In this document: in pieces, positions 28,039-37,200 of the stretch | Layout of the letters: every line of letters starts with the position of its first letter | Position numbering within the stretch: the first letter of the stretch is position 1 | Assembly (NCBI GenBank): GCA_964438295.1 | Contig: CAYTKR010000004.1 | Location: 9,849-73,848, forward strand | DNA length: 64,000 bases | Direction of reading: 5' to 3' | Source: an uncultured Anaerolineales bacterium | Lineage (GTDB): Bacteria; Chloroflexota; Anaerolineae; Anaerolineales; UBA11858 | The notes under the pieces: model-generated | What the model was told of the DNA's origin: nothing | Databases searched by the model: none | Seen by the model: only the letters and a program-made list of their open reading frames with translations | Made by a program: the position numbers and the translations under genes

Positions 28039-28686
28039 TCAGTTATCAATTTTGATTTCGAGCGGCAGCTCAGTTTGGAAGGGGGGTAACTCCAAGCTTT
28101 GGCGGATGCGATTCTCAACCAGTTGCAGGTCTTCTAAGTTGGCAACATAGTTAAGATTGTTCGTATCGATGGATAGAATTTTGGGTCCGTTGAAACCATC
28201 TCCAAAAAAATTCTCATATGCCCGATTTAGCTCGGCAATATAATCTGAATCCATGTCCCTTTCGTAAGGTCGATCTCGGTGTGCGATACGTTGCATCAGC
28301 ACATCGGTGCTTGCTCGCAAATAGACGATCAGATTTGGGAGATGGATTTTTTCAGCTAAGGCATCATGCACTTGGTGATAGGTGTCGAGTTCATCATTTT
28401 CGAGGTTGATCCCGGCAAAGAGAGCGTCTTTTTTGAACGTGTAATCTGCAATCACATTCTTCCCCGGTTTCAAAAGTTTAGAAACAGCCCGCTGCTGATG
28501 ATAGCGGCTGAGCAAAAAGAAAATCTGGGTTTGAAATGCGTATCGCTCTCGATCGGAATAGAAATCTGCTAGAAACGGGTTTTCTTCGAATACTTCCAGA
28601 AGCATTTCAGCTTCAAATATTGGTTGTAGAAGACGGGCTAATGTGGTTTTGCCGACGCCGATGACGCCTTCGATCGCGATGTACAT
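28039..28686 (-). CDS. deoxynucleoside kinase
   Basis: P-loop MYIAIEGVIGVGKTTLARLL, then ENPFL..FY and the DR/ERD motifs of the dNK family. The start was moved to the ATG at 28686, which has GAGGGA upstream. Confidence 0.85.
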   Translation of the reverse strand: MYIAIEGVIGVGKTTLARLLQPIFEAEMLLEVFEENPFLADFYSDRERYAFQTQIFFLLSRYHQQRAVSKLLKPGKNVIADYTFKKDALFAGINLENDELDTYHQVHDALAEKIHLPNLIVYLRASTDVLMQRIAHRDRPYERDMDSDYIAELNRAYENFFGDGFNGPKILSIDTNNLNYVANLEDLQLVENRIRQSLELPPFQTELPLEIKIDN

Positions 28687-28765
28687 ATTCCCTCGAATTC
28701 GCTTTGTTTGGAGAGGTATCAATTTTCTTCAAGGATACCAGCCTTTGATTTCTGCCACAAGGTTC

Positions 28766-28793
28766 TTGACAAATGCGAATCTAACATTATAAT
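28766..28793 (+). promoter_or_regulatory. consensus sigma70 promoter of ssb
   Basis: TTGACA (28766-28771), a 16-nt spacer, then TATAAT (28788-28793). Confidence 0.65.
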
Positions 28794-28831
28794 AAAAGTG
28801 CAGAATAATTTCAAATTACAAGGAAAACGAT

Positions 28832-29203
28832 ATGGCTGGTCTCAACCGTGTACAACTAATTGGTCATTTGGGAAAAGATCCGGAGAGCCGATACACCCCC
28901 TCCGGGCGGCAGGTCTGTTCCTTCAGTATCGCCGTTGGACGTCGCTGGAAGGGCTCCAATGGGGAAGAAAAACAGGCTACAGATTGGTTCAATGTGGATG
29001 CCTGGGGTCGTTTGGGGGAGATATGCCAACAGTACCTGGGCAAAGGACGATTGGTGTTTGTGGAAGGGCGCCTGCAAATCGATCGAGTTGAGGGTGACGG
29101 CGATACTCGCTTTTTCACCAAGGTGGTCGCTTCTCAGATGCAAATGCTTGACCGCAAGCCAGAAGAACCTGAAGATGCCCTCGAATTGGTCGAAGAAGAA
29201 TAA
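28832..29203 (+). CDS. ssb: single-stranded DNA-binding protein, short form with a non-canonical C-terminus
   Basis: OB-fold N-terminus MAGLNRVQLIGHLGKDPESRYTPSGRQVCSFSIAV. The tail ends PEDALELVEEE instead of D-D-(I/L)-P-F. Confidence 0.9.
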   Translation: MAGLNRVQLIGHLGKDPESRYTPSGRQVCSFSIAVGRRWKGSNGEEKQATDWFNVDAWGRLGEICQQYLGKGRLVFVEGRLQIDRVEGDGDTRFFTKVVASQMQMLDRKPEEPEDALELVEEE

Positions 29204-29251
29204 GGACCTTCCAGACTCCCTTGGGGTTGATTGCAATATCCCTAACAATTT

Positions 29252-29767
29252 CTACGCTCGTGCCTCGAGTTCCAGCAACCAGGCTTTTGTTTCCAGGCCT
29301 CCGTACCCGCTATAACCGTGCAACTTCCCATCAGAGCTGATCACCCGGTGACAAGGGATCACTAAGGGGATTGGGTTGGTAGCTTCGGCGCGGCCCACAG
29401 CGCGCGAGGCCTTGGGGTTACCGACTTGAGCGGCGATCTCACCATATGTGCGTGTTTCACCGCGTGGAATTTCACAGGTTGCCCTGAGTGCTTTTTGTTG
29501 AAAAGGTGTCATCACTGACCAATCGATGGGCAAATCGAACGTCTCTCGCTCACCGTTTAGAAATTCCCCAATTTGACGTGTGCACTCTTCCGTGCGCTGC
29601 TCATCATGGACTACTACGCGCCGATGACGTTTATCCAAGGCTTCGGTAAACTTATTACTGTCATCGAGTAGCGAAACCGCCACAAGTCCATTTTCACCGA
29701 TGGCAACCCACACTACGCCAAGGGGTGTAATGATAGTACTCCCAACATAGATAGTTTCTGAATTCAT
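29252..29767 (-). CDS. ogt: methylated-DNA--protein-cysteine methyltransferase
   Basis: Active site IPCHRV and YGEIA..G.P.ASRAVG. Confidence 0.9.
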   Translation of the reverse strand: MNSETIYVGSTIITPLGVVWVAIGENGLVAVSLLDDSNKFTEALDKRHRRVVVHDEQRTEECTRQIGEFLNGERETFDLPIDWSVMTPFQQKALRATCEIPRGETRTYGEIAAQVGNPKASRAVGRAEATNPIPLVIPCHRVISSDGKLHGYSGYGGLETKAWLLELEARA

Positions 29768-29815
29768 AATTACTCCAATAAACTGTTCAACCTGCCGACA
29801 TGCAACATTGAACGT

Positions 29816-30715
29816 TTAATAATTCGTCACCATATCGATCATGCCGCGCTCTCGAGCGCGGTGTTCGCACCAAAAAAAGATCACTGCGGCGAGCACGGCA
29901 AAGACGGCTGTCAGACCCAGCAGGATGCCCATCAGTTGGGCATTATTGAATCCCGAAAGGGTGGGAAAGGCCTCAGCAACAGAGCCAACTAGAGAGCGTC
30001 TCAACAGCTCCAGCCAGTAGGTGATTGGCATGAAAAAGCCCACCGGGCGCAAGAATTTGGGCAGCACCTCCAGCGGGAAGATGGCGCCACTGAAAAGGTA
30101 TAGCGCCCCTGCAGTGATATCGCCAATGAACCAGACGTGTTGTGCGATCAGCAAGGTGATCCCAGCCAGCATGAGTCCCATCATCGCCAGCATGATCACC
30201 CCAATAAACAAGGATAGAAAGAACAACCCCCAGTTCACCTCGGCCAGTTCGATCTGTATATGGAGGAAGGCAACGCCGAATAAGATCGTGATCAGCACCG
30301 AGATCGAAGAGACAATGAAGCGTGCTACACCTCTACCGAGCAAATAGGTTGGCATGTGGATGGGAGCGACGTACATATACTTGAGAGTTTTGTAATGCTC
30401 GCGGTCGTCGATCACCGCCCATGAGATGCCGGTCATCACCCCCCCCACATACATGTAGAACGCATTCCCCAAGTAGATGTAGGGGAAGATCGGCGTATCG
30501 AAGTTCCCATTGGTGATGATGCTGTACATAACCACCAGGATAGCCGCACCTGCGAGCGGTTTGGCGATGGAGTAGATTGCGAAAAGGAATGGATCTGTCC
30601 AGTTAGATTCGATCTGCCACCCCAGCCAGGCGGCGATGCGGAAGGTGCGTGTGAAGGTGCTGCGATCAGGGATTAGGGATTGGAGATTAGTAATTGTTGA
30701 TTTGCTTGCTTGCAT
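29816..30715 (-). CDS. ABC-2 type transporter permease
   Basis: Polytopic membrane protein. I prefer the start MQASKST at 30715, because the track start overlaps the upstream permease. Confidence 0.75.
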   Translation of the reverse strand: MQASKSTITNLQSLIPDRSTFTRTFRIAAWLGWQIESNWTDPFLFAIYSIAKPLAGAAILVVMYSIITNGNFDTPIFPYIYLGNAFYMYVGGVMTGISWAVIDDREHYKTLKYMYVAPIHMPTYLLGRGVARFIVSSISVLITILFGVAFLHIQIELAEVNWGLFFLSLFIGVIMLAMMGLMLAGITLLIAQHVWFIGDITAGALYLFSGAIFPLEVLPKFLRPVGFFMPITYWLELLRRSLVGSVAEAFPTLSGFNNAQLMGILLGLTAVFAVLAAVIFFWCEHRARERGMIDMVTNY

Positions 30716-30726
30716 TGTTGCCCTTT

Positions 30727-31611
30727 CTACCTCCTGCTTTCCGTCAGCCGGCCTTCGCGGATGGCTAATTTTTCCATGTACGATAGGAGCAGTTTGGCCG
30801 CGGTGAGAAAGATCACACACAGGATTGCGAGGATGCCCATTTCTACTGTCACGCTAAGAAAACCCAGAGCGGCCCCAGATGGGAATACTAATTGACGCAT
30901 CGCATCCAACCCCAAGGTTAGAGGGATGATTGATGCGGTCGCTGCTACCCAGATGTTGAAGCTCTTGATGGGGAAGTAGAACCCCGAAAACAGGTATACT
31001 GGCTCCTGGGCAAGGTTGGACAGATGCCAAGCTTCGCGACTTAGGAGTAAGAACAGCGAGGCGAATAACATGCCCATGCCGTATAACGCCACCATCGCTA
31101 AGGTGAAAACTAGGAAGAGTTGACCAAAACTGGCTACAGCGTAGGGAATCTTGAAGACCCAACTTCCCAGGATGGTGATGGCCAAGGCTCTCAATGTGGT
31201 GGCTACCAGACCCCCGAGCGCCATCCCCAGTAGGATCGCCATCATCGAGTTGGGTGCCATAATGTATAAAGACAGGTTGCCCATCTCTTTTTCCCAATAA
31301 AGTTGGCTGGACATACTCCAAAGTACATTCATCCAGAAAGCCGTCATCGCTCCGCCCATAACTACAAAGCCGACATACTCATCCGGCGCGTCAATAGCCC
31401 GGTAGACAAACACATATGCTGAAACGGCCAACATGGGCAGTAATATATCGAAGATCATCCACGACTTCTCGCGCTGCTGCCCAATGATGCGCGGGTAAGC
31501 GCGCGCAATCACAGTTTGGAAGAACAACTTTACGCCCGTATTCTTCTCAAGCTGCTGACTGTTGTCAGCGGACAGCGTTCTGTCGTCTGCTGTCTGTGGT
31601 CTATTGCTCAC
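30727..31611 (-). CDS. ABC-2 type transporter permease
   Basis: Polytopic membrane protein. The likely start is GTG at 31611 (VSNRPQTADD), overlapping the ATPase stop by 11 nt. The track start at 31704 would lie inside the ATPase gene. Confidence 0.75.
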   Translation of the reverse strand: MSNRPQTADDRTLSADNSQQLEKNTGVKLFFQTVIARAYPRIIGQQREKSWMIFDILLPMLAVSAYVFVYRAIDAPDEYVGFVVMGGAMTAFWMNVLWSMSSQLYWEKEMGNLSLYIMAPNSMMAILLGMALGGLVATTLRALAITILGSWVFKIPYAVASFGQLFLVFTLAMVALYGMGMLFASLFLLLSREAWHLSNLAQEPVYLFSGFYFPIKSFNIWVAATASIIPLTLGLDAMRQLVFPSGAALGFLSVTVEMGILAILCVIFLTAAKLLLSYMEKLAIREGRLTESRR

Positions 31612-32605
31612 CCGCTTCCACCTCCTCCATGCTGCGACCCACCAGGTCGACGAAGACATCTTCCAAGGTAGGTTCGCGCTTCTGCAGGTTGAGGATATGC
31701 ACATCGTTGGAGGTCATCATGTTGACCACTCCACCCAGAGCGTCGTCTTTCTCAAGGATCAGGTCCAATTCGGCAGAGCCATCTTTGGGAGCATGAACCA
31801 CTTTCCTCACTCCGGGCAACCCTTCGAAGGAATCCACATTCAGCCCGTTCAGGGGGCTGACCTCCATCTTGAAGATGGCATCCTGTTGAAGTCGGCGTTT
31901 CAAATTGGCAGGTTTATCACAGGCCAAAACTCGCCCTTCGTTGATGATCGCCACGCGGTCGCACAGTTCGTCGGCTTCGACCATATAGTGCGTGGTCAGC
32001 AGCAGGGTACGGCTACGGTCTTCGTCAATCCAATCGCGTATGAAACCGCGTACGTCACGCGATGCGCCCACATCGAGGCCCAGGGTTGGTTCGTCCAGGA
32101 AAAGTACATCGGGATTGGTCATAAAGCCGCGCACGATATTCATCTTTTGGCGCAGGCCGGTGGAGAGATCAGACGATTTGGTGTTCATACGGTCTCCAAG
32201 ACCGACAACCTCGAGCAAGTGCTTGATGCGCCGATTAGCCTCCTTGGAGGGGATGCCATAAAACTGGCTGAACATCCAAAGATTTTCGCGCACGGTGAGC
32301 AAGCCATACCCAGATGACTCGCCCCCTGAGACCATATTGATACGAGCGCGTACCTTTGGGGGGTCCTTGATGACATCGAAACCGCTAACACAGGCCTGGC
32401 CGGTAGTAGGCGCCAGCAGGGTTGTTAGGATCTTGATTAACGTGGTCTTGCCCGCCCCATTAGGACCCAGTAGCCCAAACAATTCTCCTTGGGGAATTTC
32501 CAGATCGACCTTGCGCAGGGCTTCTAGTTCCTTGGGGTCAGATTTCTTACCACCGCGAATCTTGTAGATTCGCCCTAGGTTTTTTGTGTGAATGGCTGAG
32601 TTCAT
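31601..32605 (-). CDS. ABC transporter ATP-binding protein
   Basis: Walker A GPNGAGKTT, signature LSTGLRQK, Walker B VLFLDEPTLGLD. Confidence 0.9.
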   Translation of the reverse strand: MNSAIHTKNLGRIYKIRGGKKSDPKELEALRKVDLEIPQGELFGLLGPNGAGKTTLIKILTTLLAPTTGQACVSGFDVIKDPPKVRARINMVSGGESSGYGLLTVRENLWMFSQFYGIPSKEANRRIKHLLEVVGLGDRMNTKSSDLSTGLRQKMNIVRGFMTNPDVLFLDEPTLGLDVGASRDVRGFIRDWIDEDRSRTLLLTTHYMVEADELCDRVAIINEGRVLACDKPANLKRRLQQDAIFKMEVSPLNGLNVDSFEGLPGVRKVVHAPKDGSAELDLILEKDDALGGVVNMMTSNDVHILNLQKREPTLEDVFVDLVGRSMEEVEAGEQ

Positions 32606-32789
32606 TAGAATGTGATTAAAACTATCAGATTTGATGGTTTATCGTAGGTTAAGCGTAGGGTAAGCGTCAAGCAATTTATGAAGTCTTTTAGTATATTTAT
32701 CATCGAAGGGCGATTTCTCTTCTTCTCCTCCTTAGAGAGAGCCGGGTATGGCGAACCCGGCTCTCGGTGATTCTGTAGCAAATTAGGGG

Positions 32790-33287
32790 TTATCCTGCGG
32801 GGGTTTGTTCAGCCAATAACTCTTGAAGTTGAACTTTGTGCAGAATAGGGTGCATGACAGCGTGTTCCAGCATAGCGTCAATACAGTAGCGGGTGCCCCA
32901 ATTGGACTCATACTCTCGTCTGTGAAAGTATTTTTCGTCAACATCGGCCAGAGGTGTGCTCCAGCGTTCGATCAAGTGCGTGATATAGCCGTCGGCCTGG
33001 GCTGCGATGACATCCAATGCTGGTGCCGGTTCGATCATAGGGTCTGGCAATTCTAGTTGTTTACAGATCCAGGTGATATAGCCGCGGTCTGCCCTGAGCA
33101 CGTGCGATAGCAGCGCTTCCAAGGAGACGTAACTGGGGTCGTCGGTCTCTGGTAACGTAAGGTCAATTTTCTTGGCTTCCTTCCAGAATGAAAGACATTC
33201 ACGTAGATACAATCCGCGCAGATGAACCATGGTGCGAGCGCCACCGTAGCGATATTCGGGAAGTGTATTGGCTTGTACTGGTGTCAT
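32790..33287 (-). CDS. DinB-family protein
   Basis: Four-helix-bundle-sized protein (165 aa) with His-containing motifs (LSHVL, LEHAVMHPILH). Confidence 0.8.
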   Translation of the reverse strand: MTPVQANTLPEYRYGGARTMVHLRGLYLRECLSFWKEAKKIDLTLPETDDPSYVSLEALLSHVLRADRGYITWICKQLELPDPMIEPAPALDVIAAQADGYITHLIERWSTPLADVDEKYFHRREYESNWGTRYCIDAMLEHAVMHPILHKVQLQELLAEQTPAG

Positions 33288-33994
33288 GAGTCTGTGTCCT
33301 TGGATTTCTCATTCATTGCCTGAAGCCAACTCACGATTGGCTCAAGATTCCGATAGTGCTCAAAACAGTAATCCACTAATGCCGCTGAATGCAACTCTGC
33401 TGGATGTCCGGTTTCATTCCCAGCGGTCAGACCGCTGTATAAGAGCAGTTCCGCGTTTTGGTGCTCAGGGTCGTATCCGCGTGGGACGCGTTTGTAAGTC
33501 TTTTGCCCGACTCCGTAGCCTTTCTCGGCTACCTCAACAACAGTCTGTGCCAAAGCAGGGCCAAGTTCAGGATCTACAACGGCCTCACGGTAGGTTTTGA
33601 GGATCGGTTTGACAAAGGAATATAACCCAGCCCCTAGCATCAAGTTATCAGCATCCAGGTGGAAGTAGTATCCAGGATTTTCGAACTTAGCGCCTTCCCC
33701 AACCCAGAACCATAACCCCAGGTTTGTTTTATAGGGAGTTTTGTCCTTAGAAAAGCGCGTGTCCCGGTAAATGCGAAAGATGGATTTATTGACGCGCGGG
33801 TCAGCGTTGACACCAGGGGATATTTCTCCTAAGCGTTCCCCCATAGCAACCACAAAATCGCGCGCAGGGGTCATGACAAAATTCTCGAAATCAGGTTTGT
33901 GCTCTGTGAACCAGGTCTTGTTGTTATTGGCAGCCAGTTCAACGAAGAATAGGATGGCTTCTTCGGAAAATCCATCGAAGGGGGAAGCGGACAT
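33284..33994 (-). CDS. DUF2461 / TIGR02453-like protein
   Basis: FDGFSEEAILFFVELAANNNKTWFTEHKPDFE is typical of this family. It overlaps the DinB-family gene by 4 nt. Confidence 0.8.
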   Translation of the reverse strand: MSASPFDGFSEEAILFFVELAANNNKTWFTEHKPDFENFVMTPARDFVVAMGERLGEISPGVNADPRVNKSIFRIYRDTRFSKDKTPYKTNLGLWFWVGEGAKFENPGYYFHLDADNLMLGAGLYSFVKPILKTYREAVVDPELGPALAQTVVEVAEKGYGVGQKTYKRVPRGYDPEHQNAELLLYSGLTAGNETGHPAELHSAALVDYCFEHYRNLEPIVSWLQAMNEKSKDTDS

Positions 33995-34053
33995 ATCACT
34001 TGCTCCTTGGGCATCAATTTATCAGGTCTGACGGAACGCGGATCCATTATATT

Positions 34054-34067
34054 CGAACTAATGTTCT
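34054..34067. promoter_or_regulatory. candidate LexA (Cheo-type) SOS box
   Basis: CGAACTAATGTTCT has a perfect GAAC-N4-GTTC core. It lies in the divergent region between the DUF2461/DinB operon and dnaE. Confidence 0.5.
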
Positions 34068-34241
34068 AGCACAAGTTTAGCAAACTTAAAGAATCGGATT
34101 CTTTAAGTCCAATTTGAAAAATTCTTCGAACCTCTGTGCTATAATGCCGATTAGTCACCTAGTCTTGTAGTTGTATAGTCTGGTGGCCTTTCGTTCTATT
34201 TGGCTATTTGACAATCAGACTAAGAGACTATCAGACTAACC

Positions 34242-37200
34242 ATGTCATTCGTCCATCTCCATACCCACACAGAATATTCCTTGCTCGATGGCTTTAGCAA
34301 TATCAAGAAGCTGGTTCAGCGCGCTGCAGAATTGGAGATGCCCGCCTTGGCGATCACCGATCATGGCACCATGTTCGGCGCGATCGATTTCTATAATGCA
34401 GCCACGGATGCTGGCATCAAACCTGTGATTGGGTTGGAAGCATATATGGCAGCTCGGCGGATGACCGACCGGATTGCCCAATACGACAAGAAGTCATCGC
34501 ATTTGTTGCTCTTAGCCCAAAACCAAACCGGGTATCAGAATCTGTTGAAGATTGCCTCTGCTGCCCAGTTGCAAGGCTTCTATTATTTCCCACGTATTGA
34601 CCACGAATTCCTGGCCGACCATGCTGAAGGGCTGATCTGCACATCAGGTTGCATGGCGGCCGAGATTCCCCGTTTGATCAATCTCGGTGATCTCGAGGGA
34701 GCCCGAACCAAATTAGATTGGTATTACGACGTCTTCGGGGCGGAGAATTTCTATCTCGAACTCCAGGAGCACGAAATTCCAGAGTTGCATAATATCAACA
34801 AAGCCCTGCTGGAACTTGGCCCGCGCTACAACGCTCGCTATGTAGCTACCAACGATGTCCACTACATCAACCCTTCTGATGCGGAGTTGCAGGATATCTT
34901 GTTGGCTGTGCAGACCGGCTCACTTTTGACCGATCCCAAGCGCATGCGCATGTCCGATAGCACGTACTATCTGAAAAGTGCTGAAGAGATGAGTCGAATC
35001 TTTGCCGAAGTTCCCGAAGCGCTTACCAACACGCTGCTCATCGCTGAGCGCTGCGAAGTCGATTTAGGATTCAAAGGTTACCGCCTGCCCGATTTCCCTG
35101 TTCCCGAAGGCTATGATACGCAATCATATTTGCGAGAGTTATGTGAGCGCGGCCTGGAATGGCGCTACAGTTCCAACGCGCAAAACGAAGTTTATCAGGA
35201 GCGCCTGAATTACGAACTCGAGATCATTCACACCATGGGCTTTGATGCCTACTTCTTGATTGTTTGGGATTTATGCCAATACGCCAAGAAGCAAGGGATC
35301 TGGTACAACGCCCGAGGCTCTGCGGCGGGTTCGATTGTGGCCTACGCCTTGGAGATCACTCTGGTTGATCCCATCGAGCATGAGCTGATTTTCGAGCGTT
35401 TCCTCAACCCCGGGCGCGTCTCCATGCCCGATATCGACCTGGATTTCCGAGACGACCGTCGTGCTGAGATGATGGAATACACCGCTCACAAATACGGCGA
35501 TGACAAGGTTGCCCAGATCATCACCTTTGGCACCATGAAAGCCCGCGCTGCCATCCGCGATGTCGGGCGTGTCAAAGATATCCCCATCAACGAAGTCGAC
35601 CGCATTGCCAAACTGATCCCCGCCATCCCAGGGAAGCCTGTAACAATTGAACAGGCGCTGGAAACCGTTCCTGAATTCAAGCAGGCATACAAATCTACGG
35701 CTTACATACAAGATTTAATCGATACAGCCATGGGGATGGAAGGTGTGGTCCGGAATGCTGGGACTCATGCTGCGGGAGTGGTGGTCACAGATAAGCCCAT
35801 TATTGAGTATTTACCTCTCCACCGGCCTACTGGCTCAGCACAGGATAGCCCGGTCAAAACTGTTACTCAGTTCGAAATGTCAGTCATCGACGAACAGGGC
35901 TTGCTCAAGGTCGATTTCCTGGGCCTCTCCACGCTGACGGTGATGGCCCGGGCATGCGACCTGATCAGAGAACGGCACGGGGTTAAGCTCAACCTCAATA
36001 ATATTCCCTTAGATAACCCTGAAACGTACGAGCTCCTTGGGCGTGGTGAGACAGCCGGGGTTTTCCAGGTTGAAGGGGCTGGGATGCGGCGCAACCTGGT
36101 GCAGATGAAGCCGAAGAACCTGGATCATGTGATCGCCATGGTAGCCCTCTTCCGCCCTGGGCCGATGGATTTCATCCCTAGCTATATCAAACGTATGCAT
36201 GGCCAGGAAGAGATCGAATACCTGCACCCCGAGTTAGAGCCGATTTTGGGGGAAACCTACGGAATTACGGTCTATCAGGAGCAAATCATGTACACGGCCA
36301 TGAACATGGCTGGGTACACGGCTTCCGAAGCGGATTTTTTGCGCAAAGGCGTCGCCAAGAAAAAAGCCGATGTGCTCTTGCAGCAGCGTAACCGCTTTGT
36401 GGGTGGAGCAGTCGAGAATGGCGTTTCAGAAGAGGTTGCCAACAAAATCTTCGATAATTGGGAAGCCTTCGCCCGTTACGGCTTCCCCAAAGGCCATGCC
36501 GCCGATTATGGCGTTATCGCAGTGCAAACCGCGTATCTCAAAGCCCACTACCCTGTTGAGTATATGACGGCGCTGCTTTCGGTTGAGTTGAACAATTCCG
36601 ACAAAGTCGCTGCTTATGTTGCCGACTGTCGTCGGATGGGCATAGATGTCTTGCCGCCGGATATCAACTCCAGTGCCTGGGATTTCACAATAGAAGACGA
36701 GAGATTAGAAACTGAAGACGGAAGTGAGGTCGATCCTCGGCTTGACCAGAGTGATGACGAAGAGTCTCCCGACTCTGGTCAAAGTATCCGATTTGGATTA
36801 GGCGCGGTCAAGAATGTTGGGCATGGACCAGTAGATACATTGCTAGAAGCTCGTAAAGAAGGCCCCTTTGACGACCTCGACGACTTTATCCGGCGAGCCG
36901 ATTTGCGCAAAGTCGGCAAACGTGCCCTGGAATGTCTGATCAAAGTAGGGGCTTTAGATGTCTTTGGTACACGCCCGGCTTTATTCGATGCCCTCGACCG
37001 GATCGTCTCCATTAGCTCGTCCTATTTTGCAGCTGCCGATTCTGGGCAAATGACCATGTTTGGGCCGGGAACCGGTCTGGACGAAAGTATCGAATTGCCC
37101 GCTTTCAATGCCGAAGTCACTCGCCGCGAACAGCTCGATTGGGAGCGCGAGTTAATTGGTCTCTATGTTTCTGATCACCCCCTCAGCACGGTGATGGAAG

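Noticed and set aside
30716-31704. Long overlaps between the ABC-2 permease ORFs and their upstream neighbours, as given in the track.
   Set aside because: The overlapping N-terminal parts (for example MCISSTCRSANLPWKMSSSTWW) are non-membrane, Cys/Trp/Arg-rich shadow sequence. Internal starts (GTG at 31611, ATG at 30715) give compact coupled genes.
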